A DNA stretch of 41,150 bases from the NCBI GenBank assembly GCA_011321985.1, contig DROB01000039.1, positions 1-41,150 on the forward strand, in the 5' to 3' direction. Of this stretch, positions 40,941 through 41,150 are shown in pieces (the first letter of the stretch is position 1; every line of letters starts with the position of its first letter). The stretch comes from Gammaproteobacteria bacterium (lineage in GTDB: Bacteria; Pseudomonadota; Gammaproteobacteria; SZUA-229). A program made the position numbers and the translations under genes. The notes under the pieces are model-generated. The model was not told the DNA's origin, searched no databases, and worked only from the letters and a program-made list of their open reading frames with translations.

Positions 40941-41150
40941 TTAGTTCTTTAATTCATAATCCTGTATCAAACTCTCAGTAGGAATCTCAAGGCCCGCATG
41001 TAACTTTCGGATCATAGAGAGGGTCAGCTTACGTTTAAAATTTAATATCTCAGATACACGACCAGATTGACCTATAAACGGAACCAGATCTTTATCTTTC
41101 AGATCATACTGATCCATGCGAAAACGTATCGCTTCAATGGGGTTTGGCGC
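40941..41150 (-). CDS. HigA-like HTH antitoxin, C-terminal part (N-terminus beyond the right edge)
   Basis: Not in the ORF track because it is open-ended. Hand translation gives ...IRFRMDQYDLKDKDLVPFIGQSGRVSEILNFKRKLTLSMIRKLHAGLEIPTESLIQDYELKN*. This aligns with the C-terminal HTH half of E. coli HigA as I remember it (IRTLMDQYGLTLSDLPEIGSKSMVSRVLSGKRKLTLEHAKKLATRFGI). Confidence 0.7.
   Translation of the reverse strand, partial: APNPIEAIRFRMDQYDLKDKDLVPFIGQSGRVSEILNFKRKLTLSMIRKLHAGLEIPTESLIQDYELKN

Noticed and set aside
39838-41150. Looked for an integrase, excisionase or transposase to explain the tRNA-linked repeats.
   Set aside because: None is encoded in the visible 1.3 kb on either strand. 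Only the two TA modules are present, so the locus is reported as a repeat-bracketed TA cassette rather than a defined mobile element.

Overview
This 41 kb window looks like ordinary chromosome from a gammaproteobacterium-like organism; that assignment is inferred from gene content and order only. It is densely coded and mostly housekeeping.

Gene order, left to right:
- An ABC-2 exporter pair followed by an LCAT/PGAP1-like lipase lipoprotein (the lipase is cut by the left edge).
- An MscS-like channel gene followed by a cNMP-domain/Hanks Ser-Thr kinase fusion.
- A lone HyuA-type hydantoinase/oxoprolinase subunit.
- A GldA/GldF/GldG-like ABC module with a DUF4340 protein.
- mutM, purT, two outer-membrane proteins, mscS and a PilZ protein.
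- gltB and gltD.
- A class-I glutamine amidotransferase, purC, bioD and an FKBP isomerase.
- A co-oriented tkt-gap-pgk-pyk-fba central-carbon cluster.
- An orphan PhnD-like binding protein, a thioredoxin-fold protein and rpoD.

Only the last ~1.3 kb looks accessory. There, a CAU-anticodon tRNA is followed by an AT-rich HepT/MNT toxin-antitoxin cassette. Next comes a second, rearranged tRNA-like copy, and then the end of a HigA-like antitoxin gene cut by the right edge.

I found no rRNA, CRISPR array, transposase or integrase, and I cannot support any novel multi-gene defence or mobile system.

The most unusual signals are non-coding or architectural:
1. A duplicated tRNA-containing unit, one copy carrying a microhomology deletion, that brackets toxin-antitoxin cassettes.
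2. A same-orientation tandem array of decayed REP cores inside the tkt-gap-pgk-pyk-fba cluster.
3. A REP family and a second short-word repeat family that fill many intergenic gaps.
4. A cNMP-like domain fused to a Hanks kinase, encoded 12 nt downstream of an MscS paralogue.

All functional calls come from reading motifs in the translations by eye. No database search was run.
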